DNA from: Octopus sinensis
Taxonomy: Eukaryota
Length of the DNA: 64,000 nt
Direction: 5' to 3'
Assembly: GCF_006345805.1 (NCBI RefSeq)
Contig: NC_042997.1
Coordinates: 47,926,001 to 47,990,000, forward strand
Made by a program: the position numbers and the translations under genes. Numbering within the stretch: the stretch's first letter is position 1; the number at the start of each line of letters is the position of its first letter. The notes under the pieces were generated by a model. That model did no database searches. It worked only from the letters and a program-made list of their open reading frames with translations, and was not told the origin of the DNA. Of this stretch, positions 1-12,672 are shown piece by piece.

Positions 1-264
1 TCATAAGGATTTCTTTTTAAAATGTCTTAAATTTAGAGATTAAGTATTGTGGAAGTTATTGACAAGTAGTGGTTAGTAACTATGTTCGCAACGATAAATG
101 TTATAGTTGATCTAGCGGGCAAAAGGTAAAGTTCGGTAACTAAGTGTAATTGGGACAATTGATTCCTAATTTAACCTCAAGATCAAGAGTTCTTGACGGG
201 AATTTTATTTTATCGAAATAAAGTCGACCTCAGAATATAAACATTTGTATTGACACATGAATAC

Positions 265-376
<112 letters not shown>

Positions 377-577
377 CATAAATAATATCAGGGTGATAAA
401 AATTATAGAATTTTTTACTACCAGTGGCCTAACGTACAAGAAAATTAGTCAATAGACTATATATTATTCATATAAAATACAGTGTACATTCCTATGATGG
501 AAGCCTCTTAATGTGTTTTAACGTACACTGTATTTTATATTAAGTATATATATATATATATATAAATATATATATAT

Positions 578-616
<39 letters not shown>

Positions 617-699
617 TTTGTATCCTTATGAAAGCAATAATAATTATAATAACTTCTAATTAAGTCCAGGGTAAGTAATTATTTTCAGGCTAAGGGCTG

Positions 700-1012
700 T
701 AGCTATTATTATCGACCGGTACTTCAATTTGTCGCTCTTAGAGGGCTGAAATGCAAGTGATTACAACGATGAAATTTGAACCTAATACATAAAGAGCGAG
801 AAGAAATAGCAAAAGTTATTTCGTTTAGCGTTCTAACGATTCTTGCCACCCACAAAATGTTTCTAATTTAGAAGCTAGGCAGGAACTATTGGTTTCAAAT
901 TTTGGCAGGTCAGCAGCTTTGGAGAGGATAGAAATCGATTACATCGACCCCAGTCGTACTTATTTTCTCAACCTCGAAAGTATAAAAGATAATATCGATC
1001 TCGGCAGAATGC
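700..1012 (-). mobile_element. Two degenerate SINE fragments (family A, Meta-domain-like)
   Basis: Contains 'tcgattacatcgaccccag...tacttattt', the reverse complement of the core of the well-preserved + copy at 38184-38412. Confidence 0.65.
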
Positions 1013-1099
1013 AAGGTCAGATATATTGATGGGATTATTTATTCGATACCTTCAACCCACTAGGAGACATGTACCTTATGGAGAAATAATAAGCAAAGT

Positions 1100-1295
1100 T
1101 TCCAACTGTGTATTTGATCTAAAAATGTAAAGAGTTTGGGACTTTGATTTTCAGACAGACAGAGTGTTAGTGCACCGAAGGCCGGATATAGTAACCTCTA
1201 GGAGGGACAAACAGGAGTGCCTAATAATCGATGTAGCAGCGCCAGGAGAACAACATATCATCATGAAAGAAAGAGACAAAGTTGATAAATATGGA
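1100..1295 (+). mobile_element. R4/Dong-like LINE restriction-like endonuclease fragment
   Basis: Manual translation WDFDFQTDRVLVHRRPDIV...CLIIDVAAPGE...KVDKY matches the RLE PD-(D/E)xK domain. Confidence 0.75.
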
Positions 1296-3460
1296 TTTTA
1301 GAAAGTATTGAGCTGGTACAGGTGTCTGATAACATATCAAATTTTATTAGGAGATCAATGAAAAACAGGAATACAGAGTTAACTTCATTTTGGAAAATTT
1401 TGGTGGCGGTTAACATCAAGACAGGTATATTTCAGGGAGATAGCCTATCACAGGTGCTATTTGTCATTTGTATGATACCCTTCACACAGATACTATGCAA
1501 AGTTGTATCGGGGTGCACCTTGAAAAGTGGAGAAAAATTAAATCATGTTATATATGGGGGATTCACAGATCTTTGGAAAGACCGAATGTAAAATAAATGA
1601 CCTAGTCTCAACAGTGCAGATATTAGTAAGGATATCGGAATGGAATTTGGAGTAAAAAAGTGTGATATGCTTACAATATAAAGAGGTAAAATAGTGTCGT
1701 CTGATGGTGTAGGGCTACCCAACGGCTAGAAAATCAAGGATATTGAGACTAATGGGAATTTGGGAATACGATAAAATCGAGGAAAGTGAAAGAAAGCTTT
1801 AAGCGAGAATATTTCAGAAAAACCAAGTTAATTATCGGAAGTAGATCCAATGGCGAAAACAAAATCATGGCAATGAACACATAGGATGTTACCTTAAAAC
1901 GATAGAGCACAAGTGTTGTTAGGTGGACACAGAACGAGCTTGAAGAAATGGACAGAAAAATAGAAAAATGATTACTCTTTTTTCTCGCGGTATCATCCAG
2001 TCAGGCTGATTGCCCGGGCCAGCCTGACTATCTCTCTCTATCCCTCCTGATCTTCCATTAGTGTTTTTAGGTCTTCAAATTGGCATCCACCATCTTCTGC
2101 AAGCTGTTGTAAATAAATACGTCTTCTGTGGTCTTCCAGCCGCTGTGGTACCTTGATTTGGTGTCCACAGCAACACATTACTCACGAGTGCTTTACTTCT
2201 CCAGCAGTGGCAAGCAAAACTCAATCTTGGATGGTTGATGAGAAAGGTGGTACATTCCCATATAACCATTGTGTTTTGGGGTGCTCCCTTCAAGAGATGT
2301 TGAGCACTGCACGTAAAATTCTGTGTAGGCTCCGTCCGGCAAACACCTGAGTTTCTTTGTGAGAGTCCAAGTCGGAGATCCATATACAAGCACAGATTCA
2401 ATAACTGCTCCGTTAATTACATTAAAACCAATTGCAGCGAAGATTTACAATGCACTGCTACTCAATCGAATCCAACCTCAAATTGAAAGAGCTCTTAGGA
2501 GAAATCGATATGGATTCAGGAAGAGACGTTCTTCATCTGGATGATAATTAACAGAAAAGCGTGGTGAAACAGGTCTCATAGGACGCAAGATGTGTGTTCT
2601 CAACGAGGAGAACAGTATGGGATGGCACATCAAACAGCAGAGTGAATCCTTGCTTACCACTGTTAGAAGATTAACAATATAATACCTACTGAAGATGTGG
2701 TGCACCCACAATAATTTGAGAAACAAGATGAAGAAGAAAGAGTAAACAACTGGAAAATGAAACCACTGCATGGACAATACCGCAGCGAAATCGAAGGAAA
2801 AGACGAGATCAACATTTGGAGATGGCTAAGAAAAAGTCATCTGAAAGGATGCACTTAGGCATTCATATACAGCGCCAACGAATAAGCTCTGAGTACAAAT
2901 TACACCAAGTTCCAAATACAGAAGTGTAGTGAATCGCACCTTTGTAGGATGTGTGTCCAGCAGAAACGAAAGAATCTCAGATATTGTCAGTGAGTGTTGA
3001 AAGCTGGCCCAAAAAAACACTACAAAAAGAGGCACGATTACGTGGCTAAATTCATCCACTGGAGGCTATGGGAAAAGTAGGGCCTGAACAAAGCACAGAA
3101 ATGGTACTAACACGAACCAGCAGAAATCACCGAGAACAAGGAGCATAAGATTCTGAGGGATTTTGAAATCCGGTGTCACTACATAATCGAGGCTCGGAGA
3201 TCAGATATTGTTGTGGTAGATAAAGGAAAAAAAGAAACCAAGATCATAGATATTGCAACACATGGGGTTGCACGCATAAGTGGCAAGGAACTGGAAAAGA
3301 TTGAAAAGACTGAAAAGAATGTGGACTACGAGGAAAGAGTGTCATTCCAGTAGTTGTAGAGGCTCTGGGCGCACTAACAACCAAGTTCGAGAAATATATC
3401 AAAGAAATCAGAATTGACTTGTGAGCAGAGTAAGCCCCAAAAACTGCTCTGATAGGGACA
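1296..3460 (+). mobile_element. Decayed R4/Dong-like non-LTR retrotransposon (RT, CCHC knuckle, RLE), interrupted by an RTE fragment
   Basis: ORF 1322-1591 has the GIFQGDSLS RT motif; CRMC near 2940; 'RHDYVAKFIHW' near 3030-3060; 'EARRSDIVVVDK...IID' near 3190-3255. Many stops and frameshifts. Confidence 0.85.
1980..2545. mobile_element. RTE-clade LINE fragment with internal inversion
   Basis: Minus strand 1990-2405 gives (L)VYGSPTWTLTKK and LLWTP...GRPQKTY (RTE C-terminal region). Plus strand 2405-2540 gives ITLKPIAAKIYNALLLNRIQP...GFRKRRS (RT N-terminal region). Confidence 0.75.
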
Positions 3461-5077
3461 TACATATATATTTTTATATGTATGTGTATGTATGCTTGTG
3501 TGCGTGATTTTCGTTTTTGCTTTTCTTTCGTGTTTGAGAGTAATTAAAATTCCATTACAGAATTGAAATTCTGTCTAACGTAGTCTACTGGAGGTTTGTC
3601 GCCATTCACTTCCTCGTCCAATATTAATTCCGATTATTGAACCTTCGCAACACATTGTTTGTCACAAGGAAAATATAAATAGTTCGTTAAGGTAATTGCC
3701 ATATTTATATTGTAATTCGCTTTGAAACTCATAGTTTTAACTTCCTTTGATGCCGTTTAAAACTTTATGTCGTCTCATTTTCAGAGGACAGTCGAAGCAT
3801 ATCTAAAATCCATAATTGGCTTAGCACAGAAAGCTAATAATGATGTATCACATTGCCACACATTTGTATAACGTGAGCTTTCGTATGTTGACTTTATCAC
3901 GAGATATTTCCATATTTTTTCCTCTCCCCTCAAATGTAACTATTATTTGAACTCTGTATTTAAACATTGAATGAGAAATTCATACACTGTAAACGACTGC
4001 AACAATTTATTCCACTCCACTACTGAAATAAATTTAATAATAATCAATAAACATATGAATTTTAACAGATGATAGTCGTTGCAGAATGTAATCATAATTT
4101 ATATCACCTGTTTTTTTTTTATAATTTATTTTTCTCATGTAACGCTAGTATTACTAATACCTCTGCAATAATAGAATGACTAAAAAAAATTAGTTGTCGC
4201 TTCATTTCAATGATTGTGAAAGCACTGAGAGATTTAACACGAAGTAAAGCGAAGTTTACACGCAAAATAATTCCAACACAATTTCCAAGCAGCTTTAAAA
4301 TTTAATGTTTTTTTTGTTTTTGTTTTGTTCTGTTTCGGCATTGTTTTTAGACGTTTTCATTGCTGAAATATTTCACGTGTTTGAAAGTATCTTCTAACAT
4401 CATAATTTTAAAATTATCTGTTGAAAACAAGAAACTCATCAACTAACAAGTTCTGTAAGAAACAGTGTTAAGTGCAACATCCATTCTATACAGTAACAGC
4501 GATTCAAAAAAACTTAAAAACGCAGTTCCCATATGGAAACATAATAGCGCTGGTTGCTATACCTACCAGCCTTTAATAAGGATGCATTACATTATAAGCT
4601 CACACCATATTGTTACCAAAATGTATTTTCTAATTCGGTAGGGGAAGTATAAGTACCAGTCTTGCTGAAAGTTAACGTCATTGATTGTCATTTACGGTAA
4701 CCCTTGCTACACGGACAAAAACACTCATTAATATCTGTAACATCACAATTACTTCACTTTGAACTGACGTTTATGTAACAATGTACGTATTTACGCACGA
4801 ACACATGCTATTTCATATGTAGATGTGTCGGGAGCGTGTCTTTATTCATATATGCACAAAACTAAAACTTTTCGATAGTGCGAGTGGGAATGAGTGATGT
4901 TTTTGTTTTCTTTTTTAAGAAAAGACTTTCGATGCTGAACTTAGACCAGGATCATAGACGGTTCATATGGCGAGTATATAATGCACGCATGAACGTATAT
5001 ATACATATAATATACATACACACATATGTATATGTATGTATTGACACACACACACATGTATATATATATATATATAT

Positions 5078-5111
<34 letters not shown>

Positions 5112-5114
5112 CAC

Positions 5115-5220
<106 letters not shown>

Positions 5221-6168
5221 CTGTGTGTGTGTGTATAAATACAATTCATTCCTATAGCTCGAATTCTCAAAGATTTTCAGTAATCTCAGAGCGACAATAA
5301 TCTTTCGAGACAACATTGCACACATCGGAATGCATAATCATCTTAGATCTAAGAAGAATAAACCATTTCTAGAGCAGATGATAAATCAGTGAACTGTGAA
5401 ATATATGGATATGTGTGCACGATAATTGGATCTGAGACTTTAAACCCTGAAAACCATGACATTTCCTACTTAAGTATGTATGTATACACACACACACACA
5501 TACGTATATATACATATACATACATTGATGAGTGTGTTTACGCACGCAGGTGTATGTGTGTGCTTGTGAATGTGTGCGTATGTGTGTGTGCTGATGTGTG
5601 TGTGTGTGTGTGCTGGTGTGTGTGTGTGTGTGTGTGTGTGTCTATGTGTGTGTAATTATGATATGCATGTATGTATGAATGTACGTATGTAAAACGTTTA
5701 CTGCAGCCAGATGGTAGTAACTGATGCATGCTAGCATTAGAATATTTCGTATATTATTTCGCATTTTTATGTATATATATCACACGAAATAGAGCTATAT
5801 TTTACTTGTTCCTTTCTCTACTGTTATACTGTCCGAGATTTGTCATGATGAAATGTTCAGAATTAGAAATAATGCTCAAACATGAAGGCACTGGGACAAC
5901 TACTGACCTACTTTAACAAAACTACTGCTAAAATGCTTCGGTTTGTTCGTACTAAGCAATCTACGTAATCTATATACATACGCGGGAACACACAAATACA
6001 TGCTCACAGACACATATACCTACATATATGTGTGTATGTGTGTGCGTATATATGCATTTAGGCGTACACATATTTAGTGCATATACGTATGTGTGCGTGC
6101 GTGCGTATTCTTTTGTCTTTTGGTTGGTCCAGTCATTTTGATTAGGGCCATGCTGGGGCATATATATG

Positions 6169-6207
<39 letters not shown>

Positions 6208-6526
6208 ATAAATTAGAAAAAAAACACACAATAAATTAGAAAAAAAACACACAATAGTGAAAAATTAAATTAAAGATATATACCAAATATATACGTTTTA
6301 TATATTATTTTGCAAATTACTTAATCTTCGTTTTATGTCTTATCTTATATTTAATATTTCTATAATATGTAATTTTCTGGATGGTGTAATTTAATTTTTC
6401 ATTATTGCATTGATAAAAGGTTGTTTTTTTCTAATTTATATATATATATTATATTATATTTTGTGAAATTTGAGTTAGTGTTTCTAAATTGAATTTTTCT
6501 CTGTAAGTTTGTAATAATGTTATATA

Positions 6527-6560
<34 letters not shown>

Positions 6561-6586
6561 CATACATATATACATACATATATATT

Positions 6587-6796
6587 GGTTTCAAGTTTCG
6601 GCACAAGGCCAGTCATTCTGGTGGAAGCAGAAAGTCGATTACATCGACCGCAGTGTTCTAGTACTTATATTATCGACTGAAAAAAGATGAAAGGCAAACT
6701 CGACCTCCACATAATTTAAAATCGGACCGTATATGCGAACAAAATGCGCTAAGTATTGTGCCTGCTATGCAAACGATATGGCCAACTCACTGCCTT
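6587..6796 (-). mobile_element. SINE family A copy
   Basis: Reverse-complement similarity to 38184-38412 (gtcgattacatcgacc...gaaaggcaaactcgacctc). Confidence 0.75.
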
Positions 6797-7199
6797 GGTT
6801 TACAGGAAAGTATTGGTATTAATATTATCATGTGAACCGTTAAAGGTTGAACGCTTTCTCAGTATCCTTTGGGTAACTGAAGGTATTGACGGAAACTAAA
6901 AAAGCATACCAGCCTCAGATCACTCACATGCACACGCATACACACATACATACAAATATATATATATATATATATATATGCAAATACTTTTGTATGCATA
7001 TTAAACGCCTATATAACCATATTCAGATGTCTCATTTAATCATACGAGGCACAACATTTCGTTTTCACATTAACAACCACTGTATATTAAATATATATCA
7101 CACACTCGTATCTAAAACACGAATAGGACAAACCTCTTCATATCTATAGATTTGAACTTTAATATGGTTTTGCTGAACGTGTTTCATCCATAATGAATA

Positions 7200-7599
7200 T
7201 CATTATATATACAAGTGAGGTTGTGTGCTGTCTGTCTCCTACGATTTAGATTCCTAACTACTCCCACATTTTGCGGTGCAGTTTAACCAAAACCGGGTAT
7301 CTTATAGTCGTGATTCATATTGAGCCCTTCTGGGTATTAGCGCGCGTCTACGATGAGTCTACGATTTTAAAAATAATTTACCATCAATTTTTCCCATTTT
7401 TAATGCATTTTTGACATATATAAGGGAAGTAACTCTCTAAAAATTTATTATTAAATCTCAGAACATAAAAAGCTACAGTAACAACTCCCCCACTTTTGTG
7501 GTTAGCCATATTGAGATGGCTATTATACTTTACATCTCTAAAAATGCTTATATAGTTATTTCCCTTACAAACCCGAGCAACGCCGGGCAATACTGCTAG
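7200..7599 (+). mobile_element. Non-autonomous Helitron
   Basis: 5' TC preceded by A, 3' CTAG followed by T, and a subterminal GC-rich hairpin (cccgagcaacgccggg) about 10 nt before CTAG. Confidence 0.85.
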
Positions 7600-8210
7600 T
7601 TAAATATACATCACACACTCGTATCTAAAACATGAATAGGAACAAACCTCTTCATATCTATAGATTTGATCTTTAATATGGTTATGCTGAACGTGTTTCA
7701 TCCATAATGAATATTAATCATAAATAGATTATTCTGTTTATATTTTAATAATAAATCTCAACTCTACAAATCCTACCTTTGATGTGAGTTAATAAACGTT
7801 TACAACTGTGGACATTGAAAATCACTACCTACCGGCTAATTTGTTTACTAATTAGCTTCAAATCAGGTTTAAAGGAAGCAGATATATTTCATGTCCATAT
7901 TTTTATAAATGTCAAAGAATCCTACTCACGACACTTCTAACTAAACCTTCTCACACATACGTTCATTTACAATACACACACGCACACACTCATACACACA
8001 CACGCACACACATACACACCTATATATACATATATATATATATATTGATGAGAAATCCTTGCAATACACCACGACGTCAAAAAACCTTTGAACTTTACGT
8101 AAAACTGTTATTATTGTCATTACTTTATTTTCATATTTATTTTTATACTTTCTGGACTTGATCGTTAGCCACTACACACATTTTTTTCTCTCCTTGTTTT
8201 TTGTGTGTCC

Positions 8211-8246
8211 CTTTCTGTAGAAGAGCTTAGGCTAGAAACGTAAAAT
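8211..8246 (+). ncRNA. Degenerate minimal hammerhead ribozyme in a short Penelope-terminal-like repeat (~8150-8340)
   Basis: cttt-CTGTAGA-a-gagc ttag gcta-GAAA-cg-TA-aaat. Core has A6->T and stem II has a closing mismatch. Confidence 0.5.
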
Positions 8247-8349
8247 ACTTTTTCTATTCCTGAGCGTTATACTAATACATTTGTTTGTTTTGTACACCAC
8301 CTGTCTTCGTCTTTTGTTTTTTTTCGTAAGCTCTCCCTATATATATATA

Positions 8350-11300
8350 TGTAGTGTAAACAATTTTAGCGGTTATAATAATCGACTAAGGGACAAAATA
8401 TCCATATATACTATCGGTATCCGTTACCCGTGTTATCCCTGAGCACTGGTGTTCAGGCATACTATGCACGTAGCGTGCCGGCAACAAAAGGATAAACAAG
8501 AGTTTATCAGGAACCAATGAAAATAATCAGAAAATAGAGAAAACCCCAGATTAACAAGCTCACAGATTGGACCGCATTTATAGCTTATTTTTAATACAAA
8601 GCATGTCATAACAAATAGATGACGTAACATATCTTACGGCCGTTGCCGATCCGTTGCCAAAATGCTGTCTGTAAATAAATGCGAGAATAAAGTTCTTCAT
8701 CTTCATAGGACATTCGAATTAAGGTACGGAGCTTCATCAGAGTAAAAAACAAGACCATACAATATAAACAAAGGGGGAAAAGGAAAAGGAAAGAAAACAA
8801 AGCCTAGAAACAAGTCTAGAAGCCCAATATGTTAAAAGCATATAATCTACCATCTAGGGGCTACGAGGTTCGTAGGTAAAGAATGAGCTAGTAATGGTCT
8901 ACGGAATACTACAATTTGTAACAGGTAATTGCAATTTAAAGGATGGAGGCAGAATGTTTAAAAAATGTTATCAATGAAATATATATAAGGAAAATACTAA
9001 CATGATTATCAAAGGGCGATACCTATGCTAACGAGGTAAACTCTAGTAACTGCTTAAGAAAATTTATCACAGAAATTATTACCGAGAATCCCACCTATGT
9101 TCCAGCGGTCTCTACAATTGGTCAGGTACAATTTAAACCGAGGTCACAGGTTAAAACCTTTCCAATGGATTTGTCAATAAAATATACAAGAAAAGAAAAA
9201 AGTTCCGGAGTAGAAATCAATGATATAGGTGGTGTGGGGTCGCTTATGTCCTTCAGCATATTAATGTTATAACATGCATGAGGGAACAATGAAAAGAGAA
9301 AGGATCCACGGGTTGCGGTTATGGTAATTCCGCGATTCAATTAACGCTACGAGGAATTGAAATTGGACTAAACGCCATATATAGCGAATTGTGGTAATAA
9401 TTAGATATACAGGTGCGCAAGAAAGATCCACCTTATAGGTACACTACAATGCACGAATAAAAAATCACTTACAATTAAGCGGTTTATATTTAAGGCCAAA
9501 TCACATGTTGATAATTATCAAATAATGAAATACCCTAGTTGCCACAATATACTAAATATGCTTAATACGCAGTACATAGTCATTAAAGTTATATAGTTCC
9601 TATTACTGTAAAACAATTTACAAGAGTATATTGGCACTATATGAGTACAGTTAATACCGGGTCCGCTGGAAAATTAGTACTATGAGAAAAGTTACCTTAA
9701 TTGAAACAATTTACTAAACATACTTAAAAGCAATAAGAAATACCCTATGATAAGAATGAAATGCTAATCAAATCTGAACATTAAAAATTATAAACAAAGT
9801 TATAATAACTCAAAGTTGTTGCAAAAAATACTATTACAATCAATAGGTTGTGCTTATATCACATTACCCTCAAATTAGATTATTCTTATCCAAAAATCTA
9901 ATAATTTTAAATTATAATCAAATAATTAAGTGGGTGCAGCGATACAATTTCAATCAACGGGCAACACTTACCATTCTACATAGTACAACAGATTTATACA
10001 AATATCTTCTGGTAAGCCCAACTAACATAGTTCCACAAACAAACAGACACATACAATGCAAGGTGGGGGACGGTGGACATAGAGTATAATAAAATAAAGA
10101 AAAAGTAGCATATAATGAAAAATAAAATGAAAAAGTTCAATAAATCAAACATAGGGCAAATATTGTTCGCAAACATGTAGGGCTAATGACGTACATTAAA
10201 ATGGGGGAAAGGTAATGGGTGGAGGAAAGAATATCTAGTTAGTAGCGAAATAAGTCCAAATTCCAGCAAGGGCCGACAAATAATACATCCATGGGGTAAA
10301 AGGTGCTAGAGGGTAAAGAAAGCAAAAAAGATAGGAAAAGCTAAAATTGAAATTTGAATAAGATTTAGCATTTGAAGTAGTTATTAGGGGTAAAAGACTA
10401 TATGGTAGAAAACCTAAGGTCTTTGTGTTCTCGGATCAGTTTTAGTAGAAATAATAGGCATTAATACAAGGGGTTAGGGGATGATAATATTGGGAAAACG
10501 CTAATTGGTATAAGAAATAGATAACAGATATGGGTGGAGGGGATCATTTAAAACTTAGGAAAAGGGTAAGAGGACGGGTTAATTATTTGAATATCTACAA
10601 TAGTCTCAGTTATTCCTTACAAAACCAAATATAAATTAAGAAGTAAGATGCATAACTTACGTTATACTATCAAGGGCTACTATTATGGGGTAGTATAAGT
10701 ATTTCTAGTGTTATTTACATTTATCGAAAGTAGACCTCTCTTTGTGCAGGCAAGCTGCACTTTGCTCATCTCTCAAGTTCACTAGCGGATTGCATGCTGT
10801 TAGAATGTAAAAAAAATCGTTAATGCAAAGATAACATTTCCTTTTACTTTTATTATACGAAGTTGCAGTAACGAGGATCTCTAAATTTACTGTGAAACTA
10901 GTGTTACTATCTTTCAGCTCCCAAATCTACCTACTTAAACCTGTCGAATTAAGTTTCTATTTCTAAAATAATATTGGTACGTGGCTAGTCTTCATTTTGG
11001 GTTGCTCTAACGTAACTCATTTTGGTTGACTGTGTTATGACTGTACATTGGTAAATAACATCCTTAACTCTACAGCTGTTACCAAAGGCATAATTATTCC
11101 TGTTCCTACAGTTACATAAGTTATGCTGTGAGTGGGAAGTTGCTACCTAGTGGAGTAGGATTAGGTCTATTCACGTTAAATTGGTTATTTTCAGTTCTCA
11201 GAGTATTCTGTACTAAGGTTAGGGTAGTGTTTACTGTTATTGTTACTACTAATACCGCCGCCGATGCTATTTTTGTTTCTATTTGAGTAGAAAGCATCTA

Positions 11301-11905
11301 TTTTTTTCATTATTCAGGGTGGATATTATGCTTCCTAAATTATGTGTACTACTATTTATAAGTTTAGAATACCTATTATTCTTATCAAAATGCCCATTAA
11401 CAACTTTCAGTAATTGCTTAGCTATTTTAGTCCTTCTTTGCATTGCAAAAGAGATTATAAACCACATCTTATCTCCCGATTTTCCAGTAGATTCTTCGTG
11501 GATGGTGTGCTTATTGATATTATTTTTCCCGCGTCCATTGTCCCTCGTAGTTCTACCTAGTATGTCACTATTGTTTTCGTAGTTATTCATACAGTTACTA
11601 AATCTTGTCTTATTAGTATCATTTGCTGCTACTGCTGCTATCTGTGTATTTTTACAATGCTTGGGTGTATGACCATGCGCAATAATGTTGCGGTTAGCAT
11701 ATTCGCCATTACTACTGTCCATTTCACGCTCGTGTGGGAAATATTTAATTCGTTTTCCATACTCCGCCTCCATAAGTGTCTTATCGTATATATCCTTATG
11801 ACAATTAAATATGCCATCATTAGCTAAGAGATAGGAAATCCTTTTGCTAATGCCTCTAATTACTGATTATGGATGGTTACTTTGATAGTTTATATTCAGG
11901 TTCTA
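8350..11905 (-). mobile_element. 5'-truncated, decayed Penelope-like retroelement (RT thumb, CxCx5Cx5C-like zinc finger, GIY-YIG endonuclease, ~2.4 kb putative 3' UTR), probably Naiad clade
   Basis: Minus-strand translations: NINYQSNHP*SVIRGISKRIS (~11890-11830); WFIISF...KIAKQLLKVVNGHF (ORF 11279-11773); CNC-RNRNN-Y-AFGNS-C-RVKDVIYQC...SYVRAT (11116-11000); STGLSR*IWELKD...KCYLC...CLHKER, with stop near 10711. Both ends lie near (TA)n. Confidence 0.85.
8630..8744 (-). ncRNA. Degenerate hammerhead ribozyme near the 3' end of the Penelope-like element
   Basis: Minus strand: ct-CTGATGA-a-gctccgt...long loop...acggatc-g-GCAA-cggccg-TA-ag. Palindromic stem III ACGGCCGT; GAAA is mutated to GCAA. 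Confidence 0.6.
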
Positions 11906-11937
11906 TTTGCTAAGAATCCACCCTTTTAATATCTATG

Positions 11938-11980
<43 letters not shown>

Positions 11981-12121
11981 ATGAGGGTGTCTAAAAGACA
12001 CCAACATGCCGAAATAGCAGTCGAAATTCTGACTATAAAACCACGTGCACACTTGCACACACACATATATGTATACATACACATGCACAACGCACACATA
12101 TACATATGTACGTAATATATT

Positions 12122-12427
12122 ACCGTGATCACCGTGACCGACCAGGCTATCAGATATTGCTACACATCGCTGGTCACAATGCGCTTCGCATTGTTTTAGG
12201 CTTCAAATGACGCCACCCCGCTGGCTAAGCGAGCAGGCCAACAGAAGAAAGAGTGAGAGAAAGTTGCGGCGAAAGAGTACAGCAGGGATCACCACCACCC
12301 ACTGCCGGAGCATCGTGGAGCTTTAGGTGTTTTCGCTCAATAAGCACTAACAACGCCCGGTCTGGGAATCGGAACCGCGATCCTACAATCGCGAGTCTAC
12401 TGCCCTAACCACTGGGCCATTGCCCCT
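12122..12427 (-). mobile_element. tRNA-derived SINE (family B)
   Basis: Minus strand starts with a tRNA-like head (ggcccagtggttagggcagtagactcgcgattgtaggatcgcggttccgattccc, A/B boxes); similar to 39075-39381. Confidence 0.8.
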
Positions 12428-12428
12428 C

Positions 12429-12465
<37 letters not shown>

Positions 12466-12557
12466 TATATATATATATATATAAAATGCAAAATGGGACA
12501 AGAACGCAAAACATCCGGACAACTATATATATATACAGAGGCATACGTACACTTGGT

Positions 12558-12672
<115 letters not shown>

